Below, piece after piece: positions 21,176 to 30,252 of a stretch of 64,000 bases of DNA. The notes under the pieces are model-generated. The model was not told the origin of the DNA. It saw only the letters and a list, made by a program, of their open reading frames with translations, and did not search any database. The DNA comes from an uncultured bacterium (GTDB lineage Bacteria; Fidelibacterota; Marinisomatia; Marinisomatales; UBA1611): contig CBFIBM010000001.1 in the NCBI GenBank assembly GCA_965660855.1, positions 288,001 to 352,000 on the forward strand, given 5' to 3'. The position numbers and the translations under genes were made by a program. The first letter of the stretch is position 1, and the number at the start of each line of letters is the position of its first letter.

Positions 21176-22433
21176 TTTTCTTTTCTTTTTAATATTTTTC
21201 TTTAACTTTGTTTTAAGTCAAGGTATTACTAATGGATTTGGGGTTGGAAGTCTTTCTTCATTTAATGGAGCATATAATGCAACAGCCGGGTTGACTGAAT
21301 TAGTACCTTCCTTTCAAAAAGGGGTTTCTGTAACGAATCCAATAACTTGGAAAAACTTAAGGTTTACTTACTTATCAGTGTCATACGGATACTCTATTGC
21401 AAATTTGAATAATTCATTAGCGATTAATGAATTTTCAAATTTATCAAATATTTCATGGATAATACCGATAAAATCAAAGACAGCCATTGGATTATCATTA
21501 TCTCCTTACAGCAATCAAAAAATTAATGTAGCATCAAAAGATACATTAATTTTTTCAGCTTTTGATGATACTTTGAAAACAAGCAATAAAATAGAAAGGT
21601 ACGGTGGAATAATGTCATTTAAAGTTGGTGGATCTAGACAAGTCAGCGATAAACTAACATTTGGGACTCAATTTAACTTTTTATTTGGATCCAGTAGATA
21701 TGATGAAATAATACAGTTTGATTTTAGTCCTTCAGTTGTAATAAATACACGACATAGGTACACTGGACTCTTAAATGCTAATTATTTAGGTTTTAAATTC
21801 AATGAAAAACTTAATTTTTATGGGAAATATTCTTTTCCATTAAACGCCCTAAACGTAGCAGTTCTTAGTAGACCAATATATGAAGATGTAAATGGAAATA
21901 ACTATCATGATTATTCAACTCAGCAGGATTTTCCGCACCCTGATAGTGTCATTGTTTCTAATGAGGATAGGCTAGATGGAATACACAAGCCTACTGAATA
22001 TCTATTTGCAATTGAGTATAAATTGAATAATAGGTCATTTATATCTACTGAAATTATTCAATTTAATGATTTTGGAAATTATAATCTTATTAAAGTTCCA
22101 ATGAATAATTCAATTTCTAAACTGGATATTCAAAGGCTTCAGCTTATCCGTTTTAGTGATGAATTGAGTTTAAAATTCATTGATAAATTTATTTCTAGAA
22201 TTGGAGTGCAAATGAAAACTGTAGTTTTAGATAAAAACCAATCAGAAATAAAAGAGAGGTCTGTATCTCTTGGTTTTGGGTTCAAGTTTAAAAAAATGGG
22301 AAATCAGATTGATCTTAATTATTATTTTGGAAATAGAGTTTATAAAAACATTCAAAATGAAGAAATCTTTCAACAATTTCAGCTGAGTACCAGCCTTGCT
22401 GATTTATGGTTTGTAAAAAGGAGACAGAAATAA
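21162..22433 (+). CDS. outer membrane beta-barrel protein (FadL/PorV-like superfamily)
   Basis: Signal peptide, NP motif near the N-terminus, amphipathic strands, C-terminal DLWFVKRR. Confidence 0.6.
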   Translation: MLKINFLFFLIFFFNFVLSQGITNGFGVGSLSSFNGAYNATAGLTELVPSFQKGVSVTNPITWKNLRFTYLSVSYGYSIANLNNSLAINEFSNLSNISWIIPIKSKTAIGLSLSPYSNQKINVASKDTLIFSAFDDTLKTSNKIERYGGIMSFKVGGSRQVSDKLTFGTQFNFLFGSSRYDEIIQFDFSPSVVINTRHRYTGLLNANYLGFKFNEKLNFYGKYSFPLNALNVAVLSRPIYEDVNGNNYHDYSTQQDFPHPDSVIVSNEDRLDGIHKPTEYLFAIEYKLNNRSFISTEIIQFNDFGNYNLIKVPMNNSISKLDIQRLQLIRFSDELSLKFIDKFISRIGVQMKTVVLDKNQSEIKERSVSLGFGFKFKKMGNQIDLNYYFGNRVYKNIQNEEIFQQFQLSTSLADLWFVKRRQK

Positions 22434-22434
22434 A

Positions 22435-23709
22435 ATGAATTTGAAAAAGGTAGTAATAACAATTTTTGGGATAACAATGATCTACATGTGTGTCCCTCCA
22501 GATGAAGGTTCAAGTCAATCTGCTGCAGATAAAGCAAAGTTAGATTCTTTAAGAAAAGTACGTTGCCCAAGATTAATGAGCAGCGCTGCAGAATATTATA
22601 GAAATAGAGATTGGAAACAAACCGTTAGAATATACAAGGAAATTACCTCACTTAATTGTGATGAATGGAACCCTATATATGCACCACCCCAAGAAATTTA
22701 TCAATACTATGCGATTGCTTATGAGCAGATGGGAAGGTTTGATAGCTCTGAATATGTTTTACTTGATGGTTTACAAAAATTGCCTAACAATGTGGAGCTA
22801 AGAAAAAGGCTAGCATATTCATTTAAAAAACAAGGAAAGTTTGATCAAGAGATTATTGAATATGAAAGAATGATCGAAATGGCCCCTAACGATTTAGCTG
22901 TGATGAATGATTTATCTAAACTTTACAAAGAATATAATCGTTTTGATGATCAGATTTTTGTTCTTGAAAAAATTCTTAAACTTGATGGAAATAATGAAAT
23001 AGCACAGAGTGAATTAGCAATGGCATTCGAATCCAGCGGTAGGGATCCATTGGATGTTTACAGAAAAAGATATGATGATAACCCTGATAACCTTAGCTAT
23101 GGTCTAGATTACGCTGATAGGTTAATACAGGTGGACCGTCAAGAAGATGCGATTCCAATATTAACTGAAGTTATCAATCAAGACCCTAGTAGTAAACTTG
23201 CCTACAGGAGGCTGGGTGAAGCTAACAAATCAATTGATCAATTAAAAAAAGCAGCTTCTGCATATGAAGAATTATTCAAAATTGATCCTAGAGACATTAG
23301 AGTTGCGATAAGTATCTCTGATATATACCTTGATGATAATGATTATAGACTAGCTCTCAAATGGGCAGATAAAGCTTCTAACTTAGATAACTCATCTGGA
23401 GATGGTTATGGTCAAAAAGGAAAAGTCTATTACTATGGGTGGGAAAATTTCAGACAAAATCCTTTTACAATTGATGATCGTATTGTTGCGAAATTAGCAT
23501 TTGATTATTTTATTAAAGCGGAGAAAAAAGGATTTAATGGTTATTCTAAAAGTTCTTGGCTTGATGAAAATGCAAAAGATATTTTGTACGGAAAAGCTCA
23601 GTGGTTTATGGCAACCGATAAGGTGAAAAGAACAAGGAGTATATCGACTTCAACCGCCAATTATGATTGGGTAACCGAATCTTTAAAAGCTGAGAGCAAC
23701 TGGAAATAA
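22435..23709 (+). CDS. tetratricopeptide repeat lipoprotein
   Basis: N-terminal hydrophobic stretch ending in Cys (YMCVPP); multiple TPR units ending in P (APND, DPSS, DPRD). Confidence 0.75.
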   Translation: MNLKKVVITIFGITMIYMCVPPDEGSSQSAADKAKLDSLRKVRCPRLMSSAAEYYRNRDWKQTVRIYKEITSLNCDEWNPIYAPPQEIYQYYAIAYEQMGRFDSSEYVLLDGLQKLPNNVELRKRLAYSFKKQGKFDQEIIEYERMIEMAPNDLAVMNDLSKLYKEYNRFDDQIFVLEKILKLDGNNEIAQSELAMAFESSGRDPLDVYRKRYDDNPDNLSYGLDYADRLIQVDRQEDAIPILTEVINQDPSSKLAYRRLGEANKSIDQLKKAASAYEELFKIDPRDIRVAISISDIYLDDNDYRLALKWADKASNLDNSSGDGYGQKGKVYYYGWENFRQNPFTIDDRIVAKLAFDYFIKAEKKGFNGYSKSSWLDENAKDILYGKAQWFMATDKVKRTRSISTSTANYDWVTESLKAESNWK

Positions 23710-23713
23710 TAAT

Positions 23714-25003
23714 ATGTCTTACATTAAAAAATCTGACCCTGAGTTATTTGATATTTTAGAGCAAGAGCTAAATCGTGAAGAGAGCACTATTGAATTAATT
23801 GCTTCTGAAAATTTTACCAGCCAAGCTATTATGGAAATGACAGGTGGTGTAATGACAAATAAATATGCAGAAGGTTATCCAGGGAAAAGATATTATGGTG
23901 GTTGTGAAGTAGTGGATCAAGCTGAGAATATTGCCAGAGATCGGTTAAAAACCTTGTTTAATGCTGAATATGTTAATGTTCAACCTCATTCTGGATCTCA
24001 AGCAAACATGGCAGTTTTTATGACCTTCTTAAGCCCAGGTGATACAGTTTTAGGGTTAGACTTAGCTCATGGAGGCCATCTTACTCATGGTAGTCATGTC
24101 AATTTTTCGGGTCAATTATATAATTTCATTTCGTATCATGTTGATAAAGACACTGGTAGAGTAGATTTTAATGAGGTAAAAAAATTAGCTAAAGAAAATA
24201 AACCTAAATTAATAATTTGTGGTGGTAGTGCATATCCAAGGTTCGTGGAGTTTGAAAACTTTAGGGAAATCGCAAATGAAGTAAATGCATTTTTAATGGC
24301 TGATGTTGCTCATCCAAGTGGGCTAATTGCTGGAGGAGTACATCCTTCTCCAATCCCTCATTGTGATGTTGTAACTAGTACAACACATAAAACTCTCCGC
24401 GGTCCAAGAGGTGGTATTATTATGATGGGAAAAGATTTTGAAAACCCTTGGGGAAAAATTGCTCCTAAATCCGGAAGAGTAAAACAAGTATCTGAATTGT
24501 TGGATACTACAGTAATGCCTGGAATACAAGGTGGGCCATTAATGCATGTTATAGCCGCAAAAGCAATTGCTTTTGGTGAAGCCTTAAAGCCTGATTTTAA
24601 AGTTTACACTAAAAATGTTGTAGAAAACGCAAAAATAATGTCAGAAGAATTTATCAAAATGGGCTATAATTTAGTTTCTGGTGGAACAGATACTCATGTT
24701 ATGCTTATTGATCTTTCGAATAAGCATATTAATGGTAAACAAGCTGAGATTGCACTTGGAAATGCTGGAATTGCTTTAAATAAAAATATGGTTCCTTTTG
24801 ATACCAGGAGTCCTTTTGTAACTAGTGGTATTCGAATCGGAACTCCTGCAATTACTACGAGAGGGATGGGTAAAGATGAAATGAAACAAATTACTTCTTG
24901 GATAGATTTAGTTATTAAAAATCCTGAAAATGAAACTATTTTAAAATCTGTAAAAAAAGATGTGAACTCCCTCTGTCAAAACTTTCAAATTTATCATCAT
25001 TAA
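23714..25003 (+). CDS. glyA: serine hydroxymethyltransferase
   Basis: [39 protein letters not shown] (PLP lysine). Confidence 0.98.
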   Translation: MSYIKKSDPELFDILEQELNREESTIELIASENFTSQAIMEMTGGVMTNKYAEGYPGKRYYGGCEVVDQAENIARDRLKTLFNAEYVNVQPHSGSQANMAVFMTFLSPGDTVLGLDLAHGGHLTHGSHVNFSGQLYNFISYHVDKDTGRVDFNEVKKLAKENKPKLIICGGSAYPRFVEFENFREIANEVNAFLMADVAHPSGLIAGGVHPSPIPHCDVVTSTTHKTLRGPRGGIIMMGKDFENPWGKIAPKSGRVKQVSELLDTTVMPGIQGGPLMHVIAAKAIAFGEALKPDFKVYTKNVVENAKIMSEEFIKMGYNLVSGGTDTHVMLIDLSNKHINGKQAEIALGNAGIALNKNMVPFDTRSPFVTSGIRIGTPAITTRGMGKDEMKQITSWIDLVIKNPENETILKSVKKDVNSLCQNFQIYHH

Positions 25004-25019
25004 ATCATTTTAGAATAAG

Positions 25020-25859
25020 ATGAAGATGAACTCTTATCATTATATCTTGTTTCTTTTTTTAATTGTTAGCTGCTCACCGACAAAAGTTTTAATAAAACAT
25101 GATAAGATATTATCTTTTTATTTTGAAAATAAAATTTCAATGGTAGATAAAAAGAAAAATAAAACCAAAATAGATAAAAATTCTTTGTTAAAATTAAATG
25201 TGGAGTATGGTTTTGGTGTTTTGATGGAAAAAAGCGATAGAATTATCTTTGAGGATTATTCTGAGGGATTAAAAAGTTATAAAAAAGCAAAAGAGTATTT
25301 TGGCCATGCTAGAATTATTGGAATAGAATTGCTATCTGAAAAATATAGTTCTTTTGACAAATGGCTATTAGGTGATGTTGAAATAGAATTTGAACAAAAA
25401 GATGTTGAAAATCTTTATTGGCTTATGGCTGCATATTCAGGTTCTATCTCATCAAGTAGAGGTGACCCTTTTGAATTAATAAATATCCCTGTCGTTGAAA
25501 AGCTTTTACAAACATGTATGAAATTAGATTCTGATTGGAATAATGGAGCATTATATAGTGCTTTGATGAGTTATACATCTATAAGAACAGATTTGAATGA
25601 AGAAAATAAAATAGATACTATAACTTTTTATTTCAATAAGGCATTAACTTATTCAGATAGTCTAGATGCTAGCTTATATGTTAGTTATTCCGAACTTGTT
25701 CACAAACCTAACTTAGAAAAAGAGCTTTTTTTAGAAAAACTAAATATAGCTAAAAGAATAAAAGTAGTGAAAAAAAATAGATATTATTTAACTAATTTCA
25801 TCGCACAAAAAAGAGCAAGATGGTTAATTTCTAATATAGATGAATATTTTTTAGATTAA
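25020..25859 (+). CDS. TRAP transporter TatT (T-component) family lipoprotein
   Basis: Lipobox IVSC, helical, LYWLMAA and LDSDWNNGA motifs, C-terminal RARWL..EYFL; directly upstream of dctP. Confidence 0.75.
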   Translation: MKMNSYHYILFLFLIVSCSPTKVLIKHDKILSFYFENKISMVDKKKNKTKIDKNSLLKLNVEYGFGVLMEKSDRIIFEDYSEGLKSYKKAKEYFGHARIIGIELLSEKYSSFDKWLLGDVEIEFEQKDVENLYWLMAAYSGSISSSRGDPFELINIPVVEKLLQTCMKLDSDWNNGALYSALMSYTSIRTDLNEENKIDTITFYFNKALTYSDSLDASLYVSYSELVHKPNLEKELFLEKLNIAKRIKVVKKNRYYLTNFIAQKRARWLISNIDEYFLD

Positions 25860-25902
25860 CTGCGATATTTTTAATTTTATTTTTTAAACTACATAAAAAG
25901 AT

Positions 25903-26877
25903 ATGAGAAAGTATATATCAATATTTTTAATTCTGTCATCATTAACATACGGTAGAAAAATTATCGTAAAAATGGCAACCCTTGCACCAAAAGGAACAGA
26001 CTGGCATGGAATGCTAATTGAGATGGGTCAGGAGTGGAAAAAAATTACAAAAGGAAAAGTTCAATTAAAAATTTATCCTGGTGGCATTATTGGTGATGAA
26101 AGGGATATGGTTCGAAAAATGAGGATTGGTCAGATTCATGCGGCAGGTATTACAGCTGAAGGTCTTTCTGAAATTACTCCGGAATTTGGTGGGTATTTTG
26201 TACCATTAGCTTATCAGTCAACCAGTGATGTAAAAAGTGTTACAGATGCTCTTATGCCTCAGTTTAATGAGGGTCTTAACAAAAGTGGTTTTAAAATGCT
26301 TCATCTTGGAGAAGTGGGATGGGTATACTGGTTCTCAAAATTTACTATTAAAGAACCTGACGACCTTAGAAAAATGAAATTTTTTACTTGGGCTGGTGAT
26401 TTTAAATGGGAACAAGCTTGGAAAAAAGCAGGCTTTAACCCGGTTGCGCTTGCTTCAACTGATATTATTTCAAGTTTACAAACTGGTCTTATAAATACTA
26501 TACCTACCATGCCCATTTACGCTCTTGCACAACAATCATTTGGAATTGCAAATCAAATGCTTAACTTAAAATGGGGTGTGTTAATGGCTGGTATTGTGAT
26601 TGATCTAGATACATGGAATAGAATCCCAGAAAAATATCATGGTGACTTAATTAAAGTTGTAAATAATATTCAAACTAAATATAGTACGTTGAATTTAGAT
26701 TCAGAAAAAAAAGCAATTTCTGCAATGCAAAAATATGGTTTGACTGTTCATGAAATTAGTGATTCACAAAAATCAAAATGGTTTAAAGAAGTAGATAAAA
26801 TTGAGCCACTTCTTCGAGGTTCAATAATTCCTGAAAATATCTATGACACTGTAATAAAATTGACAAATAAGCAGTAA
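25903..26877 (+). CDS. dctP: TRAP transporter substrate-binding protein DctP (TatP-type)
   Basis: KMATLAPKGTDW, YPGGIIGDERDMVRKMRIGQ, SLQTGLI. Confidence 0.9.
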   Translation: MRKYISIFLILSSLTYGRKIIVKMATLAPKGTDWHGMLIEMGQEWKKITKGKVQLKIYPGGIIGDERDMVRKMRIGQIHAAGITAEGLSEITPEFGGYFVPLAYQSTSDVKSVTDALMPQFNEGLNKSGFKMLHLGEVGWVYWFSKFTIKEPDDLRKMKFFTWAGDFKWEQAWKKAGFNPVALASTDIISSLQTGLINTIPTMPIYALAQQSFGIANQMLNLKWGVLMAGIVIDLDTWNRIPEKYHGDLIKVVNNIQTKYSTLNLDSEKKAISAMQKYGLTVHEISDSQKSKWFKEVDKIEPLLRGSIIPENIYDTVIKLTNKQ

Positions 26878-26883
26878 AATATT

Positions 26884-28692
26884 TTGGTTCTTAAACCTTT
26901 TCAGATTTTAAAAGATTCATATCTCAAGTTTGAAATTATTTTGACCATTATTATTCTTTTTGGTATGGTCTTTCTTCCATTTATAGAAACTTTCACAAGA
27001 TTATTTAATCTCCCTAACATTCCAGCCTCTCAAGTATTAGTTCAGCATTTTACCTTATGGATTGCATTTCTTGGTGCAATAATTGCAACTAGAGATAATA
27101 ATTTACTGGCATTAACCAGATCTTCTATATTTTCAAAACAAGAAAGTTTTGATATTGGAAATAAAATAGCTCAATTAACAACATTTCTTGTTTTAATATC
27201 CTTAGCTTATGGAAGCTATGAACTGTTAAGAATTGAATTAACTGACTCAATAAATATCGCGCCGATGATCCCTAGGTGGTTTGCGCAAATAATTATGCCA
27301 TTGGGTTTTTTAATTATTGCATTAATTATTTTCATGAAGAGTTTCGAAGAATATATTTATAAAATATTAGCTTTCGTTATTTTGATTTTATTTTCGAATA
27401 ATTTTTTTATTGAATCGTTTATTGAACCTCTTCCAGTTAGATTGTTGGGCTTCTTAATTATTATGTTCTCCATCATAAAAGGCGCTCCTATTTTTATTGG
27501 ATTAGGCGGATTAGCAGTTCTCTTTTTTTGGTATGATTTTACTCCTATTGCTGCAATACCAGCTGAAGCTTATAGAATTGTGGTTTCTCCAACATTACCT
27601 ACCATACCACTATTTACTTTTGCAGGGTACCTTCTTGCAGAGAGTAATACTTCAGAGAGATTAGTGAAGGTTTTTAGAACTACATTTGGATGGATTCCCG
27701 GAGGAACACCTGTTGTAATTGTTTTCTTGTGTGGGTTTTTCAGTGCCTTAACTGGTGGATCTGGAGTAACAATTTTAGCCTTAGGAGGTTTATTAGTTCC
27801 CTTACTAATTAAAGAGGGTTATAGTAAATCATTTTCTATAGGGTTAATTACAGTTTCAGGAGCAATTGGACTATTATTCCCTCCAAGTTTGCCAGTAATT
27901 ATTTACGGTATCACGGCTGGAATTTCAATAAAAAATATTTTCATTGCAGGACTCATTCCAGGGTTTATATTAATCGCTCTAGTTTCAAGCTGGGCAATTT
28001 TTCAAGGAAAAAATCAAAATGTAATTAGAAATAGTTTCAATCTTAAAAAATCATTAACAGTATGTTGGGAAACTAAGTGGGAGCTAATTATTCCGGTAAT
28101 GATTTTAATGGGTATATTCGGAGGTTATTCTACATTAGTAGAAACGGCGTCGATTACTGTTCTTTATATTCTTTTTATTGAAATATTTATTTTAAAGGAC
28201 CTTAATGTTGAAGATCTTCCTAAAATTATTAGAGAATGTTCAAGCTTAATTGGAGGAGTTTTAATCATCCTTGGTATTGCGATGGGCCTTACTAGTTATT
28301 TGATAGATGCACAGATTCCACTAATTCTCCTGGAAAAAGCAAAAATTTTAATCAAGTCAAAATTTTTATTCTTACTTTTATTAAATGTTTTTCTTTTAAT
28401 TGTTGGTTGCCTTATGGATATCTTTTCTGCAATTATTGTTATAGTACCATTGATTGCTCCACTAGGAATACATTTTGGCATTGACCCAATACATTTGGCA
28501 ATTATTATTATAGCTAATTTAGAATTAGGTTTTTTAACTCCACCTGTTGGAATGAATTTATTCCTCGCAGCGTATCGCTTTAATGAGGATATGCCAACAA
28601 TTTATAAAGCGACATTGCCATTTTTTCTTGTAAAACTCTTTGTAGTTATTTTAATCACTTATTTACCATTTTTAACTTTATCTTTTTTTTAA
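26884..28692 (+). CDS. dctM: fused TRAP permease DctQ-DctM
   Basis: N-terminal 4-TM DctQ-like part (LWIAFLGA..ATR) fused to DctM (IPLF, GSG, LFPPS, TPPVGMNLF). Confidence 0.88.
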   Translation: MVLKPFQILKDSYLKFEIILTIIILFGMVFLPFIETFTRLFNLPNIPASQVLVQHFTLWIAFLGAIIATRDNNLLALTRSSIFSKQESFDIGNKIAQLTTFLVLISLAYGSYELLRIELTDSINIAPMIPRWFAQIIMPLGFLIIALIIFMKSFEEYIYKILAFVILILFSNNFFIESFIEPLPVRLLGFLIIMFSIIKGAPIFIGLGGLAVLFFWYDFTPIAAIPAEAYRIVVSPTLPTIPLFTFAGYLLAESNTSERLVKVFRTTFGWIPGGTPVVIVFLCGFFSALTGGSGVTILALGGLLVPLLIKEGYSKSFSIGLITVSGAIGLLFPPSLPVIIYGITAGISIKNIFIAGLIPGFILIALVSSWAIFQGKNQNVIRNSFNLKKSLTVCWETKWELIIPVMILMGIFGGYSTLVETASITVLYILFIEIFILKDLNVEDLPKIIRECSSLIGGVLIILGIAMGLTSYLIDAQIPLILLEKAKILIKSKFLFLLLLNVFLLIVGCLMDIFSAIIVIVPLIAPLGIHFGIDPIHLAIIIIANLELGFLTPPVGMNLFLAAYRFNEDMPTIYKATLPFFLVKLFVVILITYLPFLTLSFF

Positions 28693-28848
28693 GGCAACTT
28701 AAATTATAAGACATTAAATAGTTGAACTTCTCGATTTTTAATATATATATTATATAAATAATTAACAGGACAAAGATATACCTATAACGATATCAGTTTG
28801 CAAGGGTGCTAGCTAAAAAATTATAAAATAGAATTAGGAGTTATTTTA

Positions 28849-30240
28849 ATGAAACGTTTAGGTATAATGTTATCTATGCTGATAACTATTTATAATCCAA
28901 CTTTCTCTCAAAGTGAAGCAGGAGCTATATTTCTTTTGATTGCACCAGGAGCAAGGGCAGGTGGAATGGGAGAGGCTCAAGTTGCAGTTGCAAATGATGC
29001 ATATGCTAGTTATTGGAATCCTGCTGGATTGGGTTTTCTTGAAGGGCAAGAATTAGCCTTAATGCATGTAAATTGGTTACCTGGTCTAGCAGATGATTTA
29101 TATTATGAATTTTTTGCATTTAGGAAAAAATACCCTACCCTTGGGACTTTAGGTGGCCATCTTATATTTTTAAATTTGGGAGAGCAGATTAGGACTAGTG
29201 AAACAGGAGATGAGCTAGGTACTTTTACCAGTTATATGACTGCATTTTCTTTATCTTATTCCGCTTTAATTTCTAGTACTCAATCGTTTGGTGTAAATAC
29301 TAAAATTTCATATCAACATCTTGTTGAAATTGGAGCAGGTGCAGAAAAAGGAAAAGGTACATCTATTGACTTTGGTTTTGATTTGGGTTATATGCATAAA
29401 GAATGGCTTATACCAAATTTAACTTTGGGACTCAATTTATCAAACCTGGGTCCAAAAGTATCTTTTATTGATCCTGATCAAGCTGATCCTCAACCAACAA
29501 ACCTCAGTATAGGGTTCAATTATGCAGCAATTAATAGTGAATTTAATAAACTAAATATTGTCTATGATGTTGATAAATTATTGGTTTCGTCTTACCCAGA
29601 TATGGATTGGGATGGAGATGGTTATATAGGGGGATTTGATGAAGATGGAAATGAGAGCCCATATAATGATTATAATTCTGATGGACAGATTGAAATAGCT
29701 CATACTGATCCTATTTATAAAGCCCTTTTAACCTCATGGGTTAACGATTGGATTCTTGGAGGTGATATTGACTATGGGTCTTCTAGTCCTGGTAATGGAG
29801 ACGGTATAATTGGTGGCTATGATTGGATTGATGGTAATGGTGATGGAAATATTGATGGCACTAAATGGTATGATTCAAATAGTAACAATGATGTTGACCC
29901 AGGGGAAGGAGAAATGGTTTTAACTGATGGTCAACCAGGAGATGAAGGTTGGGGTAAATATAATGAATATGGTATCAAAGAAAAAGGGAATGCTAAAGAT
30001 AGAAAGTTATCTGATGAATTAGATCGTTTAGTACACAATATAGGTATGGAATATTGGTATGGAGAATATTTTGCAATAAGATCAGGTTTTTATTATGATA
30101 AAACTGGAAAAATAAGTAACCCTACATTTGGAATTGGTTTGAGATTTTCTGGGTATGGTTTTGATTTTGGGTACACATATGGTGAAACTGGACACCCACT
30201 AACCAATACAATGCGTTTTTCATTGAACATGGAATTCTAA
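28849..30240 (+). CDS. porV: PorV/PorQ family outer membrane protein with acidic insertion
   Basis: FLLIAPGARAGGMGEA, YWNPAGL, WLPGLADDL, NLSNLGPKV, PLTNTMRFSL; SD-like AGGAG upstream. Confidence 0.85.
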   Translation: MKRLGIMLSMLITIYNPTFSQSEAGAIFLLIAPGARAGGMGEAQVAVANDAYASYWNPAGLGFLEGQELALMHVNWLPGLADDLYYEFFAFRKKYPTLGTLGGHLIFLNLGEQIRTSETGDELGTFTSYMTAFSLSYSALISSTQSFGVNTKISYQHLVEIGAGAEKGKGTSIDFGFDLGYMHKEWLIPNLTLGLNLSNLGPKVSFIDPDQADPQPTNLSIGFNYAAINSEFNKLNIVYDVDKLLVSSYPDMDWDGDGYIGGFDEDGNESPYNDYNSDGQIEIAHTDPIYKALLTSWVNDWILGGDIDYGSSSPGNGDGIIGGYDWIDGNGDGNIDGTKWYDSNSNNDVDPGEGEMVLTDGQPGDEGWGKYNEYGIKEKGNAKDRKLSDELDRLVHNIGMEYWYGEYFAIRSGFYYDKTGKISNPTFGIGLRFSGYGFDFGYTYGETGHPLTNTMRFSLNMEF

Positions 30241-30252
30241 TCTATTTATTTA

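Noticed and set aside
28720..28848. Possible sigma70 promoter (TTGAAC..TATATT) and small leader hairpin (CAAAGATAT..ATATCAGTTTG) before porV, considered as a riboswitch
   Set aside because: Such matches are expected by chance in very AT-rich DNA; no riboswitch consensus recognised
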